This document shows positions 37,961 through 48,000 of a stretch of DNA of 64,000 nucleotides, piece by piece. Source of the DNA: Elusimicrobiota bacterium (GTDB lineage: Bacteria; Elusimicrobiota; Elusimicrobia; UBA1565); contig JBDREN010000096.1 of NCBI GenBank assembly GCA_043819795.1, positions 1 through 64,000 on the forward strand, in the 5' to 3' direction. Each line of letters begins with the position of its first letter. Position 1 is the first letter of the stretch. The position numbers and the translations under genes were made by a program. The notes below the pieces were generated by a model. That model worked only from the letters and a program-made list of their open reading frames with translations, was not told the origin of the DNA and did no database searches.

Positions 37961-38168
37961 AAGATCCAAGATGCTGTGACAGTCCCAGGCGGCCAGGAGG
38001 AGCAGGGTGATCTCCTTAATGTGCTCGCGGGATACGGGAATCAAACACGTTTTCATGCTCGGCATGTTGGCGGACGTGCGGGATTATCAGGTGGAATCGG
38101 GATGAATCCGATGCGGCTCGCCTCTGCGGCTGCTGCTGTGTAATCCTCCCGCCCATAAGAGGTAGAAG

Positions 38169-39314
38169 ATGCCGCCCGAACAGGATCGACCGGTGAGCGC
38201 CTTGCCATTGCAGAGGGCCCCCGCGCCCTTGCCGTTGCGCGAGCGCGCCAAGAGATTTTATCAAGAGCATGAGCCCGCCTGCACCGCCGGTTTCTTCATC
38301 GCGGGCTTCTTGTTCGACACGTTAGCTGTCGGCCGCATCGACCGGCTCCACAACATCATCCATCAGGCGATCTACCTCTTGCTCTGCGCGCTGTTCATCA
38401 GCCTGGAGCTCCGGGAGCGCTATGCTGGATTCTCCCCGCCCCGGAGGCTTGCGGGCGCTTGGCGCTATCATAAGGGCGCCACGCATTTTATGCTCGGGAC
38501 TCTCCTCAACATCTACACCCTGTTCTACTTCAAGAGCGCCTCGCTGAGCGTCTCGTTCTTCTTTCTGCTGGTCCTGGCGGGGCTGTTGGTCGTCAACGAG
38601 AGCCATCCATCCGGAAATTCCGGCACGACGATGCGCATGGGGCTATTGAGCCTCTGTCTGGTCTCCTACTTCACCTATCTTGTCCCCATGCTCGTCGGTT
38701 CGATCGGGCCCTGGCCCTTCATCGGCTCCATGGCAGGGGCCGTGGCCGCGGTGGGCCTGCTGATATGGCGGCTCGGCCGGCATCTGCCGGGTGCCCCGAT
38801 CCGCAGGCACGTCCTGATACCGTTCGCCGCCGTTCTGGTCGTCTTCACAGGGCTCTATTTCGCCAAGATCATCCCGCCGGTGCCGTTGTCGATCTCGTCG
38901 ATCGGGATCTATCACGATGTCCGGCGCGAAGGGGACCGGTTCCTGCTCAAGATGACGCGGTCGCGGTGGAAGTTCTGGCAGCACGGCGACCAGACCTTCC
39001 TGGCGCGTCCGGGCGATAATATCTATTGCTTCGTCAGCGTATTCTCGCCTACGCGCTTTCAGGAGCGCCTGGTGATGCGCTGGCTCTTCAAGGATTCTGC
39101 GGAAGGTTGGCGCGAGACCGACATCATCCCTCTTGACGTCGTCGGCGGGCGCGATGAGGGCTTCCGGACCTACGGCGTGAAGAGCCGCTATCAGCCGGGG
39201 CGATGGCGCGTGAGCGTCACGACGTCCGACGGGCGGGAACTGGGCCGCATAGATTCCACCGTAGTCGCGGACGGCTCGAACAAGCCTCGCAAAACGCGAA
39301 GCATCGAGCGCTGA
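38169..39314 (+). CDS. DUF2914-family membrane protein
   Basis: FFIAGFLFD, F..G.LL....LFYFKS, LYFAKIIPPVPLS, VFSP, GGRDEGFR, GRWRVSV.T.DGRELGR. Confidence 0.82.
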   Translation: MPPEQDRPVSALPLQRAPAPLPLRERAKRFYQEHEPACTAGFFIAGFLFDTLAVGRIDRLHNIIHQAIYLLLCALFISLELRERYAGFSPPRRLAGAWRYHKGATHFMLGTLLNIYTLFYFKSASLSVSFFFLLVLAGLLVVNESHPSGNSGTTMRMGLLSLCLVSYFTYLVPMLVGSIGPWPFIGSMAGAVAAVGLLIWRLGRHLPGAPIRRHVLIPFAAVLVVFTGLYFAKIIPPVPLSISSIGIYHDVRREGDRFLLKMTRSRWKFWQHGDQTFLARPGDNIYCFVSVFSPTRFQERLVMRWLFKDSAEGWRETDIIPLDVVGGRDEGFRTYGVKSRYQPGRWRVSVTTSDGRELGRIDSTVVADGSNKPRKTRSIER

Positions 39315-39474
39315 GCGGGGCAGGTTTATTAGTGACCCGCTATAGCTTTGGTCTTCCGGTCCTCTCTTCCAGCGCGAGGCGCATGACTAGGATGGTCGCC
39401 GCGGTCGGACCCTGATCGGACATATCGGGGATGCAAGGTGGACAACGCCGGGATTTCAAGGTTTAATCTACGGG

Positions 39475-40809
39475 TTGAGCGTCCACGCCAAGGATCTGGA
39501 ATACCGCATCGGGGACCGTCCGCCTCTCGCCCGCGCCGTTCTGCTGGCTTTGCAGCACATGATGGCCGCTTTCGGCGGGATCGTGGCCGTGCCCCTCATC
39601 ATCGGCTCCACGGCCCAGGGGGGCGTCCTCGCCTCCGAGACGCCCTACCTCATCTCGTGCTCCCTCTTCTGCGCGGGCCTGGCCACGCTGATTCAGACCC
39701 GCAGGATCTGGCGCGTGGGCTCCGGCCTTCCGATCGTCATGGGGACCAGCTTCACGTTCGTGGGTCCGGGTCTGCAGGCCGCGAACGCCGGGGGTCTGGC
39801 CGCCTATTTCGGCTGCACGCTCGTGGGCTCCGTGGTGGAGGGCGCGTTCGCCTTCCTGGTCCCGCGGCTGCGGAGGGTTTTCCCCCCGATCGTGACGGGC
39901 ACGGTCGTCTGCCTGATCGGACTGTCCTTGATGCCAGTGGCCCTCTTGTGGATCGGAGGGGGGGCCGCGTCCAAGCTCGCGGACCCGCCCGCTTACGGCG
40001 CGCCTCAGAACCTGCTGCTCGGGGGCTCGGTCCTGGCGCTGATCGTGCTGCTCTCCCGCTTCGGGAGGGGGATCCTCTCCACGGGCGCGGTGTTCTTCGG
40101 CATGGCCTGCGGGTACGCGGCGGCGGCGCTTATGGGGGCGGTGGACTTCTCCCCGCTGAGGGAGGGCGCCTGGCTCACTATCCCCATGCCGTTGCGCTAC
40201 GGGATCGCCCTGGACTGGGCCGTCCTGCTGCCCTTCGTGATCGCGTACGTGGTCACCACGATCGAGACCATCGGCGACACGATCGCCGTGATGGACGTCA
40301 GCGGCACGGAGTTCGACGAGGGGCGCCTGCAGGGGTCGGTCCTCGCCGACGCGGTGGGCTCGGCCGTGGCGGGAGTGTTCAACGCCGGGCCGAACACGTC
40401 CTTCTCCCAGAACGTGGGCATCATCCCTCTCACGCGCGTGGCTTCCGTCTACGTGGTCGTGCTGACGGGGATCCTTCTGATCGTCTCGGGGCTGCTCCCC
40501 AAGCTGTCCGTTCTGATCTCGCTGATGCCCGAGCCCGTGCTCGGGGGAGCGGGCGTGGCGATGTTCGGCATGATCGCGGCCTCGGGGATCCGGATCGTCT
40601 CCCGCGAGGAGCTGGGCAGCCGCGAGCTTATGGTGCTGGCCGTGTCATTGGGGGTGGGGATGGTCTCCGCGATCGGCTCGCAGGACTACGTGGACCTTTT
40701 CGGGAGGCTGCCCGAGTCCACGCGCATCTTTTTCTCGTCCGGGATCTGCACCGGCGCCTTGACGGCGGTGGCGCTCAACCTGCTCCTGCGGCCGGCCGGG
40801 CGAGCGTGA
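39475..40809 (+). CDS. NCS2 nucleobase:cation symporter (xanthine/uracil permease)
   Basis: LQH, IVMGTSFTF, ETIGD, TSFSQNVGII.LTRV signature, VLGGA...MFG. Confidence 0.93.
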   Translation: MSVHAKDLEYRIGDRPPLARAVLLALQHMMAAFGGIVAVPLIIGSTAQGGVLASETPYLISCSLFCAGLATLIQTRRIWRVGSGLPIVMGTSFTFVGPGLQAANAGGLAAYFGCTLVGSVVEGAFAFLVPRLRRVFPPIVTGTVVCLIGLSLMPVALLWIGGGAASKLADPPAYGAPQNLLLGGSVLALIVLLSRFGRGILSTGAVFFGMACGYAAAALMGAVDFSPLREGAWLTIPMPLRYGIALDWAVLLPFVIAYVVTTIETIGDTIAVMDVSGTEFDEGRLQGSVLADAVGSAVAGVFNAGPNTSFSQNVGIIPLTRVASVYVVVLTGILLIVSGLLPKLSVLISLMPEPVLGGAGVAMFGMIAASGIRIVSREELGSRELMVLAVSLGVGMVSAIGSQDYVDLFGRLPESTRIFFSSGICTGALTAVALNLLLRPAGRA

Positions 40810-40903
40810 GACCGGCCTCGCGTCCCCGGCGGAACGGGTCCCTCGCGGCGCCGCTCGACAGGTGCTACAATTTGCGGGCCGGACGGCGGTAAAGGGGAGG
40901 ATC

Positions 40904-42676
40904 ATGCAGGCTCTCGGCGCGCTGGACTATGCGATCATCGGCGTCTACGTCCTGATCTCGCTGGCGATCGGGCTGTATTACACGAAGAAAGCCTCCGAAT
41001 CGGTCGAGAACTTCTTCGTCTCGGGCCGGTCGTTGCCTTGGTATCTGATCGGGATATCCATGGCGGCGACGAATTTCTCGATCGACACCCCCCTCTCCAT
41101 CATGGGCCTCGTCGCGGAAGAGGGCATCGCGGGGCTCTGGTTCCACTGGTCCAACGGGATCACGGTCATGATGTCCGCCTTCCTCTTCGCCCGGCTGTGG
41201 CGGCGGGCGCGCGTCATCACCGACGCGGAGGTCGTGGAGCTCAGGTACGGCGGCGGGCCGGCGGCGGGCCTGAGGCTCTTCAAGGGCTTCTACTTCGGCG
41301 TGGTGCTCAATTGCTACATCCTCGGCTGGGTCTTCCTGGCCCTCATCAAGGTCATGAGGGGCGTCACCACGCTCGATGTCCATTGGATCCTGGTCATCTT
41401 CACGGCCATCGTGCTGATCTATACGCTGTGCTCCGGCTTCTACGGCGTGGTAATGACCGACTTCTTCCAGTACTTCATCGCGCTGGGGGGCACCATCGTC
41501 TTCGCCTTCCTGGCCTTGAAGGATGTCGGGGGGGTCTCCGTCCTCATGGAGAAGATCGACTCCATCTACGGCGCGGGCGCGGGGCTCTTGAACTTCGTCC
41601 CGGACGTGGACAGCCCGGGGCAGAGGATGACGTTCCCGGTCTTCCTCGTGTTCATCTTCGTCCAGTGGTGGGCGCACAAGTACGCGGACGGCGGCGGCAA
41701 GCACATCCAGAGGATGTCCGCGGCCAAGGACGAGACGCACGCGACGGCGGGGACGTTCCTGTTCGCGTTTTTGAACTACTCGTTCCAGATCTGGCCGTGG
41801 ATCGTCATCGCATTGTGCGCGATGGTGAGCTTCCACGGCGTCCCGGCGTTTCAGGCCGATCCCGAGATGGGCTATTCCATGATGATGGCCAAGGTCCTCC
41901 CCACGGGGCTTCTCGGCGTGGTCGTGGTGACTCTCATCGGCGCCTTCATGTCCACGATCGACACCCACCTGAACCTCGGCGCGGCCTACATGGTCAACGA
42001 CATGTACCGGCGCTTTATCAAAAAGGACGCCTCCGAGAAGCACTACATCCTGATGTCGCGCCTGGCCATGATCCTCAACCTGGCGATCGCGATCGTGCTG
42101 GCGCTCAACATGAAGTCCATCGCCGACGCCTGGAAGAACATCATCGTCTTCGCGGCGGGCGCGGGCCTCACCTGGATCATCCGCTGGTTCTGGTGGCGCG
42201 CCAACGCCTGGACCGAGTTCTCGGGGATGATCGCCTCCTCCGTGATCGCCTGCTACCTCTTCATCTTTTATCCCGAGATGCCCTACGCCTACAAGCTGCT
42301 GATCGTGGTCCCGGCCTCGGCCGCGGTCTGGCTGAGCGTCACTTTCTTGACGAGGCCGGTGGACGAGAATATCCTCGTCGAGTTCGTGAGGAGGGTCCGG
42401 CCGGGCTCGCCGGGCTGGAATTACATATACAGGAGGCACGGCTTGCGTCCCTCGGGCTTCTTCGGCGAGGCCATGGTCAACTTCGCGCTGGGGCTGGTCT
42501 TCATGTTCTCCTTGAACTTCGGCATCGGGAGCCTGATCTTCAAGGACACGGCCCAGGGCCTGGCCATGGTCGCCGCGGGGATCGTCTGCTTCGTCGTCCT
42601 GATCTTTAGGATCATGAAGGCCGGCGCCGCGGAGGAAGAGTCCGGCCGGGCGGCGCCCTCGGGAGGAATGGGATGA
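40904..42676 (+). CDS. Sodium:solute symporter (SSS) family protein
   Basis: FFVSGRSLPW, SMAATNFSIDTP, QRM.AAKDE, AFMSTIDTHLN, RWFWWRANAW.E. GGGGAGG RBS. Confidence 0.93.
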   Translation: MQALGALDYAIIGVYVLISLAIGLYYTKKASESVENFFVSGRSLPWYLIGISMAATNFSIDTPLSIMGLVAEEGIAGLWFHWSNGITVMMSAFLFARLWRRARVITDAEVVELRYGGGPAAGLRLFKGFYFGVVLNCYILGWVFLALIKVMRGVTTLDVHWILVIFTAIVLIYTLCSGFYGVVMTDFFQYFIALGGTIVFAFLALKDVGGVSVLMEKIDSIYGAGAGLLNFVPDVDSPGQRMTFPVFLVFIFVQWWAHKYADGGGKHIQRMSAAKDETHATAGTFLFAFLNYSFQIWPWIVIALCAMVSFHGVPAFQADPEMGYSMMMAKVLPTGLLGVVVVTLIGAFMSTIDTHLNLGAAYMVNDMYRRFIKKDASEKHYILMSRLAMILNLAIAIVLALNMKSIADAWKNIIVFAAGAGLTWIIRWFWWRANAWTEFSGMIASSVIACYLFIFYPEMPYAYKLLIVVPASAAVWLSVTFLTRPVDENILVEFVRRVRPGSPGWNYIYRRHGLRPSGFFGEAMVNFALGLVFMFSLNFGIGSLIFKDTAQGLAMVAAGIVCFVVLIFRIMKAGAAEEESGRAAPSGGMG

Positions 42677-44079
42677 CCCCACAGGAATACTACGCGAGAG
42701 TCATCGGCAAGCTGAAGAACAGCTTCTGGCACGCCCACTACGTGGTGGCGGCGGGCAGGGAGCTCCTAGCCGACGGCTGGGACCCCGGCTTCCTAGTGGC
42801 GGTCGAGCCCATAGACCGGCTGGAGAAGTTCACCCTCGAGAAGGGGATGCAGGTCCACATGCCGGTGGTCGGGGAGAGGAGCGATTCCGTGCTCATGCCC
42901 ATGGACTTCGAGGTATTCCTCCTGGGCGAGAATCATAAGCTCTATACGGACAAGGAGTCCCAGCGTCATTGGTTCAAGCAAGCCGCGCCCGTATTCAGGT
43001 TCGTCGAGGGATTTTTCAGGGAGAGGGGCGTCCCCTATCTTCTGGACTACACGCCTTCGGGGGCGCATCTTCTGTGGCAGAACCCGGCCTACGAAAGGCC
43101 TTTCGCGGAGATCGAGAAGATCGGCTGCCTGGAGGAGGACCTGGTCCGCGCGTGCCGCCACGTGGACGTGAGCGACATCAAGCGGCGCTGGGGCGTCTCG
43201 CTGGAGGCCGCCAGGGTGTTCAGCGGGCTGGGCAAGCTCGCGGAATACGTGTCGCTGGTCGCCATCGAGGCCTTCAAGGACGGCGATTCCGAGGGAGGGC
43301 TTCCGCTGACGATATCGGACAGCCTCGACCGGTGCGTCAATTTCGACAACTCTTGGTGCGAGGGCTCTCCGTTCATGCGCTCCATACGGAGCCCCTTCAG
43401 CCTCCACAAGAAGAACCACGACAAATACCAGATGTTCCATCATCCGCCGCTGGTGGACGTGATCGGCGCGGTCTACGACGGCAGGAACGCGGTCGAGGAG
43501 CCCGACCTGGACAGGATCGTGGACTGCATGTGGGACCTGGAGAAGGCGGCCGAGCACGCGAGCCGGTTCTCGGGGATCATCCCGGCGGCCGACGACGGCG
43601 TGATCGAGCTCGTGGCCGAATACAAGCGGAGCGCCCTCTTCGAGTTCCACCAGGAGTTCGACAGGACCCGCGACCTGCCCCGGGGCGAGGCCCTCGCGAG
43701 GGCGAGGCGGGACGGCCGGCTCACGGATTTCGCCCGGCAGGTCCTCGACCAGCCGAACCCCATGGCCCTCCAGCCCAAGAACATGATGGGGTTCGCCTAC
43801 GACCTGCTCGTCTACGCGGACTGGAAGCCAAAGCACATCGCCAACGTGCTGCGGGACCTCTACATAGACCCGCGACACGGCTGGACCATAGACTTCTTCA
43901 AGTACCCCGCCGAGGAGAAGGCGAACTTCTGGGCCCGGACCTTCAGCGCCCTCGCGCTCTGGAGGACCGGCGGGTTGAGCGTTTCCGCGGCCGGATCCGC
44001 GGGGAAAGGGCCTGAGGCGGCGGCGGGTCCGCAGCTTCCCCACATATCCCGTCGTGAACGCGGAGCGCTGAGCGGGTAA
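42673..44079 (+). CDS. Hypothetical protein with archaeo-eukaryotic primase (AEP)-like motifs
   Basis: hhhDFE (motif I), YTPSGAHLLW (motif II), VNFD...RSIRSPFSLHKK (motif III). ATGA overlap with the SSS gene. Confidence 0.6.
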   Translation: MTPQEYYARVIGKLKNSFWHAHYVVAAGRELLADGWDPGFLVAVEPIDRLEKFTLEKGMQVHMPVVGERSDSVLMPMDFEVFLLGENHKLYTDKESQRHWFKQAAPVFRFVEGFFRERGVPYLLDYTPSGAHLLWQNPAYERPFAEIEKIGCLEEDLVRACRHVDVSDIKRRWGVSLEAARVFSGLGKLAEYVSLVAIEAFKDGDSEGGLPLTISDSLDRCVNFDNSWCEGSPFMRSIRSPFSLHKKNHDKYQMFHHPPLVDVIGAVYDGRNAVEEPDLDRIVDCMWDLEKAAEHASRFSGIIPAADDGVIELVAEYKRSALFEFHQEFDRTRDLPRGEALARARRDGRLTDFARQVLDQPNPMALQPKNMMGFAYDLLVYADWKPKHIANVLRDLYIDPRHGWTIDFFKYPAEEKANFWARTFSALALWRTGGLSVSAAGSAGKGPEAAAGPQLPHISRRERGALSG

Positions 44080-44235
44080 AAGCCAGGTCCATCGTCCGAG
44101 GCCGCCGTCCCACCGCATCTGGTGCCAGCCCGATTCGGAGCCGTAATAGTAGTCGGTGCGGGTATCGCCCGAGACCGAGGATAGCAGATGCCCCGCCATC
44201 CCGCCGGAGTCGCGAGGCCGCGATGGCTTATGTCT

Positions 44236-44868
44236 TTACCACGAAGGCTCGCACGTGTCGAGATCGGCGCACTGCCAACAACTGTTTCGGACCGTGAGGA
44301 CCGCGCCCTCCGGGCATTCCGGCGGGTACATGACGCAAAGCAGTCCCGTGCCGTCGCCGCACGGGTAGACGCAATGGCCCGCGCACACCGCGCATGTGGG
44401 GCATGCGCACGAGATCATGCAGTCGGTGGCGGCGGTGCAGGTCTCATGGGGGAGGCACTCGCCGTCCGAGGTGCACTCGCCGCATTCCACGGTATCGCAC
44501 GCGTCGCCCGCCCCGTCGCCGTCGCTGTCGGCTTGGTCCGGGTTGGCGATGTCGGGGCAGTTGTCGAAGTCATCGGCCAGGCCGTCGTTGTCCTTGTCGA
44601 TGCAGATGGGAAGCTGGTTGCCGCCGCCCAGCGTCATGAGTCTGTCGAGCACTTTCTGGCACGCCTGCCGGGACCCGCGCGGGTCGGCCCCGTCGCAGTC
44701 CATCGCGTCGCAGTAGGTCCTGCACAGCGCCAGGGACCGGCCGAACAGCCCGAAGTCGTTGCATACGGAGTCGCTCGGAGGGGAGGCTTTCGCGGACGAG
44801 AAAGGCAGGCTCGCCCCTGCAAATAGCGTGCCGACGAGAAAAACGATCGTTACCGGACGTTTCGCCAT
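44236..44868 (-). CDS. Small secreted Cys-rich protein with thrombospondin type-3 repeat
   Basis: Signal peptide, [39 protein letters not shown], Cys-rich tail. Confidence 0.78.
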   Translation of the reverse strand: MAKRPVTIVFLVGTLFAGASLPFSSAKASPPSDSVCNDFGLFGRSLALCRTYCDAMDCDGADPRGSRQACQKVLDRLMTLGGGNQLPICIDKDNDGLADDFDNCPDIANPDQADSDGDGAGDACDTVECGECTSDGECLPHETCTAATDCMISCACPTCAVCAGHCVYPCGDGTGLLCVMYPPECPEGAVLTVRNSCWQCADLDTCEPSW

Positions 44869-44975
44869 GGCCTTCCTCCCGCGGATGAAAGATCCGCTCT
44901 GAGTCAATGGTACTACAACGAACCGAGTCTTTCAAGGCGGACGCGTCGGGAGGTCCGCGGCGACCGGCGGGGACG

Positions 44976-45018
44976 CTAATAGTCGTTGGACTTGCCGCAG
45001 TCCGGACAGATCCAGGTG
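44976..45018 (-). pseudogene. Duplicated 3' end of the Cys-rich small gene (att-like direct repeat)
   Basis: 43-bp copy of 46214-46256 with 4 mismatches. Encodes TWICPDCGKSNDY* versus TWICPDCGKSNNF*. Confidence 0.75.
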
Positions 45019-45021
45019 CTC

Positions 45022-46110
45022 TTACCTGGCGGCGTTCTTCCCGAAGGCCGCCGCCGTCTCGCAGCTGTCCACCACCAACGTGCCCTTGAAGAAACTCCTC
45101 GAGTGGGCGGACTTGAACTCGCCCACGCTGCCGCTCAGGACCACGCTGCCAAGCACGTCGCCCTCGAAAAGCAGGAAATAGCGCCCGACCAAGAAGCAGG
45201 TGCCGAGATCCAAGGCGCCTCCAAGCTTGCGCTCAAGCTCCAGGACGCTTCTGACCTGGGCCCGGGTCATCCCGATCTTGAGCTTGCTCGGGACCTCGCG
45301 GTTGAGGCGGTCGATCTTCGAGTGAATGGCCTCCAGGCGCGACTGGCTCTTCTTCAGTTCCAGGACCTTCTCCTCGTATTCGGTGATGGCGGTGGACTTC
45401 AGGCGGATCTCCTTGTCGAGCTCGGTCAGCTTCGAGCGCTTCTCTTCCTCCTCGGCCTTTATCGCGGCGATCCTCTTGAGCCGGTCCTCCTCGATCTCCT
45501 TGAGGACGCGCTCGCGGTATTCGGCCAGCTCTTTCTCCTTGTCGCGCTCGGATTTGATGATGGAGCGCACCAGATGCGCCAGGCGCTTGGTCTTCTTGAG
45601 GCTGCGCGACGTGCCCCCTAGAGAGGTCCCCGTCTCGATGTCGCGGATCTTCACGTCGATGTCGATCGAGTCGTCCAGATCGGTGACGGTCCCGTAGACG
45701 ATCACGCTCGCCCCGAGCATCTTCCCCATCTTCGTCATGGTGGACTCGTCCATGAGCCCCGCCTTTTGCAGCGTCAGCTCCTCCAGAGAAAGGTCGATCT
45801 TGCTCCTGTCCACGATGGCGAAATCCGTCTTCCGCTTCGCCAGACCGATCTGGAGCTTGTCGGAGAGGTATCGCCCGAAATGGGTGATCCTGCCGTCCAG
45901 ATCGTGAAGGTCCGCGACCAGAACGCGGCTCTTCGAAGGCAGCTGTTTGCTTATGTCGGCGGCTATGCGTTTGATCGCCTTATCGAAGGGGAGCCCTCGA
46001 GCGGCCGCCGGAGCTGGGGCGGCAAGGAGGATCGCCCCCGCCAGGACCCCGGCCGCGGCCAGGACGCGGGGGGGAAGTCCCTTTAATAGCGAACCGGCAT
46101 CCTTGCCCAT
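45022..46110 (-). CDS. FlgO/CsgG-like (TolB-N-type) secreted protein with coiled coil
   Basis: Signal peptide, V.D..DLDG....FGRYLS..L, IVDR.......EE.......DEST..K.GK.LGA..IV.G motif, coiled coil, LKIGMTRAQV. Confidence 0.75.
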   Translation of the reverse strand: MGKDAGSLLKGLPPRVLAAAGVLAGAILLAAPAPAAARGLPFDKAIKRIAADISKQLPSKSRVLVADLHDLDGRITHFGRYLSDKLQIGLAKRKTDFAIVDRSKIDLSLEELTLQKAGLMDESTMTKMGKMLGASVIVYGTVTDLDDSIDIDVKIRDIETGTSLGGTSRSLKKTKRLAHLVRSIIKSERDKEKELAEYRERVLKEIEEDRLKRIAAIKAEEEEKRSKLTELDKEIRLKSTAITEYEEKVLELKKSQSRLEAIHSKIDRLNREVPSKLKIGMTRAQVRSVLELERKLGGALDLGTCFLVGRYFLLFEGDVLGSVVLSGSVGEFKSAHSRSFFKGTLVVDSCETAAAFGKNAAR

Positions 46111-46213
46111 CCTTCCAAGGATACTCCGTGAATTGCCCGAGAGCAAGGGCACGAATTCGGGCGGAGGCGGCCTCCGCCGGCCTCCGCGCGTTATTCGTCG
46201 ACCTTCAATGAGT

Positions 46214-46414
46214 CTAGAAGTTGTTGGACTTGCCGCAGTCCGGGCAGATCCAGGTGATCCCGTTGCAGGTCATGCCCCAGCTGTTCTCGTCCATGCAGGC
46301 CTGGCAGATGGAGAGGCCGCAGGGGCACTTCCAGCAGAAGGAAAAGGTCTTGCGGCAGCAGCAGCACTCGCCGCCGGGGTTTCTCCTCCGTTCGCGCTGC
46401 GTTCGCGGCCCCAT
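46214..46414 (-). CDS. Small Cys-rich (probable Zn-binding) protein
   Basis: 66 aa with CCCC, FCWKCPCG..ICQAC, WGMTCNGITWICPDCG. Co-oriented downstream of the Fe-ADH gene. Confidence 0.75.
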   Translation of the reverse strand: MGPRTQRERRRNPGGECCCCRKTFSFCWKCPCGLSICQACMDENSWGMTCNGITWICPDCGKSNNF

Positions 46415-46444
46415 GGGGTGACGTCTCCGGCCCGCCGCCGCCCC

Positions 46445-47629
46445 TCAGTGGATCCGGCTCATGAGGAGCGCCTTGATCTCGTCGGCGCTCAGCGCGACGG
46501 GGTTGTTCTTGTTGCCGGCCCCGGCGACGATTATGTTCACGTCCGCGGCCTTGACGCCGTAGTCGCTCAAGGGGGGGATCTTGAGCGCGCGGGTCCACTC
46601 CCGGGCCTTTGCTACGAGGGCCGCGAGACACCCGTCCCGGTCAGAGGAGTCCTCTCCGGTCAGCAGGGCGCCCGCCGTCGCGTACTTAAAGAGCCCGGGC
46701 TCGCCCGCGTTTCCTTGGCGCTTCAAGGCGGCGATATTAACCTCGATGGCGGGCCCGGTCAGGGTCCCGCAGATGACGCCGTGGGGGATGTCGAAGAAGC
46801 CCCCGAGCGGCGCGGCGAGCCCGTGCACGATGCCGAGCCCCGCGTTGGCGAGCGCTATGCCGGACATGAGCCCGGCGTACGCCATGGCGGCCCGCACGTC
46901 CACGTCGTCGGCCCCGGTCGTGCAGGAAGGCAGGAGGTTGTCTCTCAGGAGGTCCAGGCCGCTCAGGGCCACCGCGTCGGTCAGGGGATTTGACTTCGTG
47001 GACACGTAGGGTTCGAGCAGCTGGGTGAAAGCGTCCATCCCGCAGGCGGCCGACACGTCCCGCGGGCAGGAGAGCGCCAGCTCCGGGTCGATCAGCGCCA
47101 CGTCCGGGACGAAATTATCGTGCCGGAGAGACTTCTTGAACCCGCCCGTCCCGACCTCGCTCAGGACCGCGTTCTTCGTGGCCTCGCTGCCGGTGCCGCA
47201 GGTCGTGGGCACCGCGATGAACGGGACCTTCGCGCCCGTCGGCGTCTTGGTCCCCACGCCCTCCAGGTAGTCGACGACCGGGCCTTCGTGCCGGAGCATC
47301 GCGGCGACCGCCTTGCCCGCGTCCATGACGCTTCCCCCGCCGATGCCGATGACGACGTCCGGGTCCTTCCCCTTGAAATCCGCGACGACGGCGTCCACCG
47401 ACTCGGGCGATGGCTCGCCCTCGACCGTGACGCGGTAGTGCGCGACGCCCCTGCGCGAGAAGTCCTCTCCGAGGGCGTCCCACCTCCCGGACGCCGTGAA
47501 AGACCGGGCGCCCGTGAGTATCAGGGCCGTCTTGCCGAATCCCTCCGCCATTTGTCCGAGTTCCCGGAGCTTGCCGGGCCCGAAGACGATCTTCGGCGTC
47601 CTGGCGAAGGCGAAGTCCGGGATCACCAC
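46445..47629 (-). CDS. Iron-containing alcohol dehydrogenase
   Basis: GGGSVMDAGKA, AVPTTCGTGSEAT, GMDAFTQ..E, LG.VHG.A, HG. Confidence 0.93.
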   Translation of the reverse strand: MVIPDFAFARTPKIVFGPGKLRELGQMAEGFGKTALILTGARSFTASGRWDALGEDFSRRGVAHYRVTVEGEPSPESVDAVVADFKGKDPDVVIGIGGGSVMDAGKAVAAMLRHEGPVVDYLEGVGTKTPTGAKVPFIAVPTTCGTGSEATKNAVLSEVGTGGFKKSLRHDNFVPDVALIDPELALSCPRDVSAACGMDAFTQLLEPYVSTKSNPLTDAVALSGLDLLRDNLLPSCTTGADDVDVRAAMAYAGLMSGIALANAGLGIVHGLAAPLGGFFDIPHGVICGTLTGPAIEVNIAALKRQGNAGEPGLFKYATAGALLTGEDSSDRDGCLAALVAKAREWTRALKIPPLSDYGVKAADVNIIVAGAGNKNNPVALSADEIKALLMSRIH

Positions 47630-47931
47630 TTAGCCCTCTCCGCGGGGCGGATCACCTTGTGGGGGACGCCTTCCCGGGGCTTGGCCATCCAGTCGGCGAC
47701 CGTCTCCTTCCATTTGAGGTAGTGGGCGGTATTCTTGTGGGCGGCCGCGGCCTTCTCGGACTCGTACGCCTCGTAGAGCGGGAACTTGGCCGGGTCGGCC
47801 GAGCATTGGAGCACGTCGAAGCGCATGTTGCCGGGCTCCTTGACGGCCCCCTCGTGGTTCTCGACGCTCGCTTGGATAAAGCCGTCGACTTGCTCGGGTT
47901 TCACGTAAACGGTCACGGTGGTGACGATCAT
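47623..47931 (-). CDS. Antibiotic biosynthesis monooxygenase-family protein (LsrG-like)
   Basis: V.VKP....F......H....KEPGN.RFDVLQ, YEAY......AAHK.T.HY..W...V..WMA.PR. Confidence 0.88.
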   Translation of the reverse strand: MIVTTVTVYVKPEQVDGFIQASVENHEGAVKEPGNMRFDVLQCSADPAKFPLYEAYESEKAAAAHKNTAHYLKWKETVADWMAKPREGVPHKVIRPAERAKW

Positions 47932-48000
47932 CGGCGCTTGCCTCCTTGTCTTGCGGTCCTGACGCGCGGGCAACGATATTATACGCTGTCTCGGTGGCTT

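Noticed and set aside
44080..44235. Possible gene remnants on the minus strand (also 37961-38065 and 39330-39415)
   Set aside because: They give protein-like snippets, but these are too short to assign without a database search.
46214..46414. Cys-rich peptide as the ranthipeptide/sactipeptide precursor for the rSAM cluster
   Set aside because: It is 15 kb away in another operon, has paired CxxC motifs typical of metal binding, and has no leader/core organisation.
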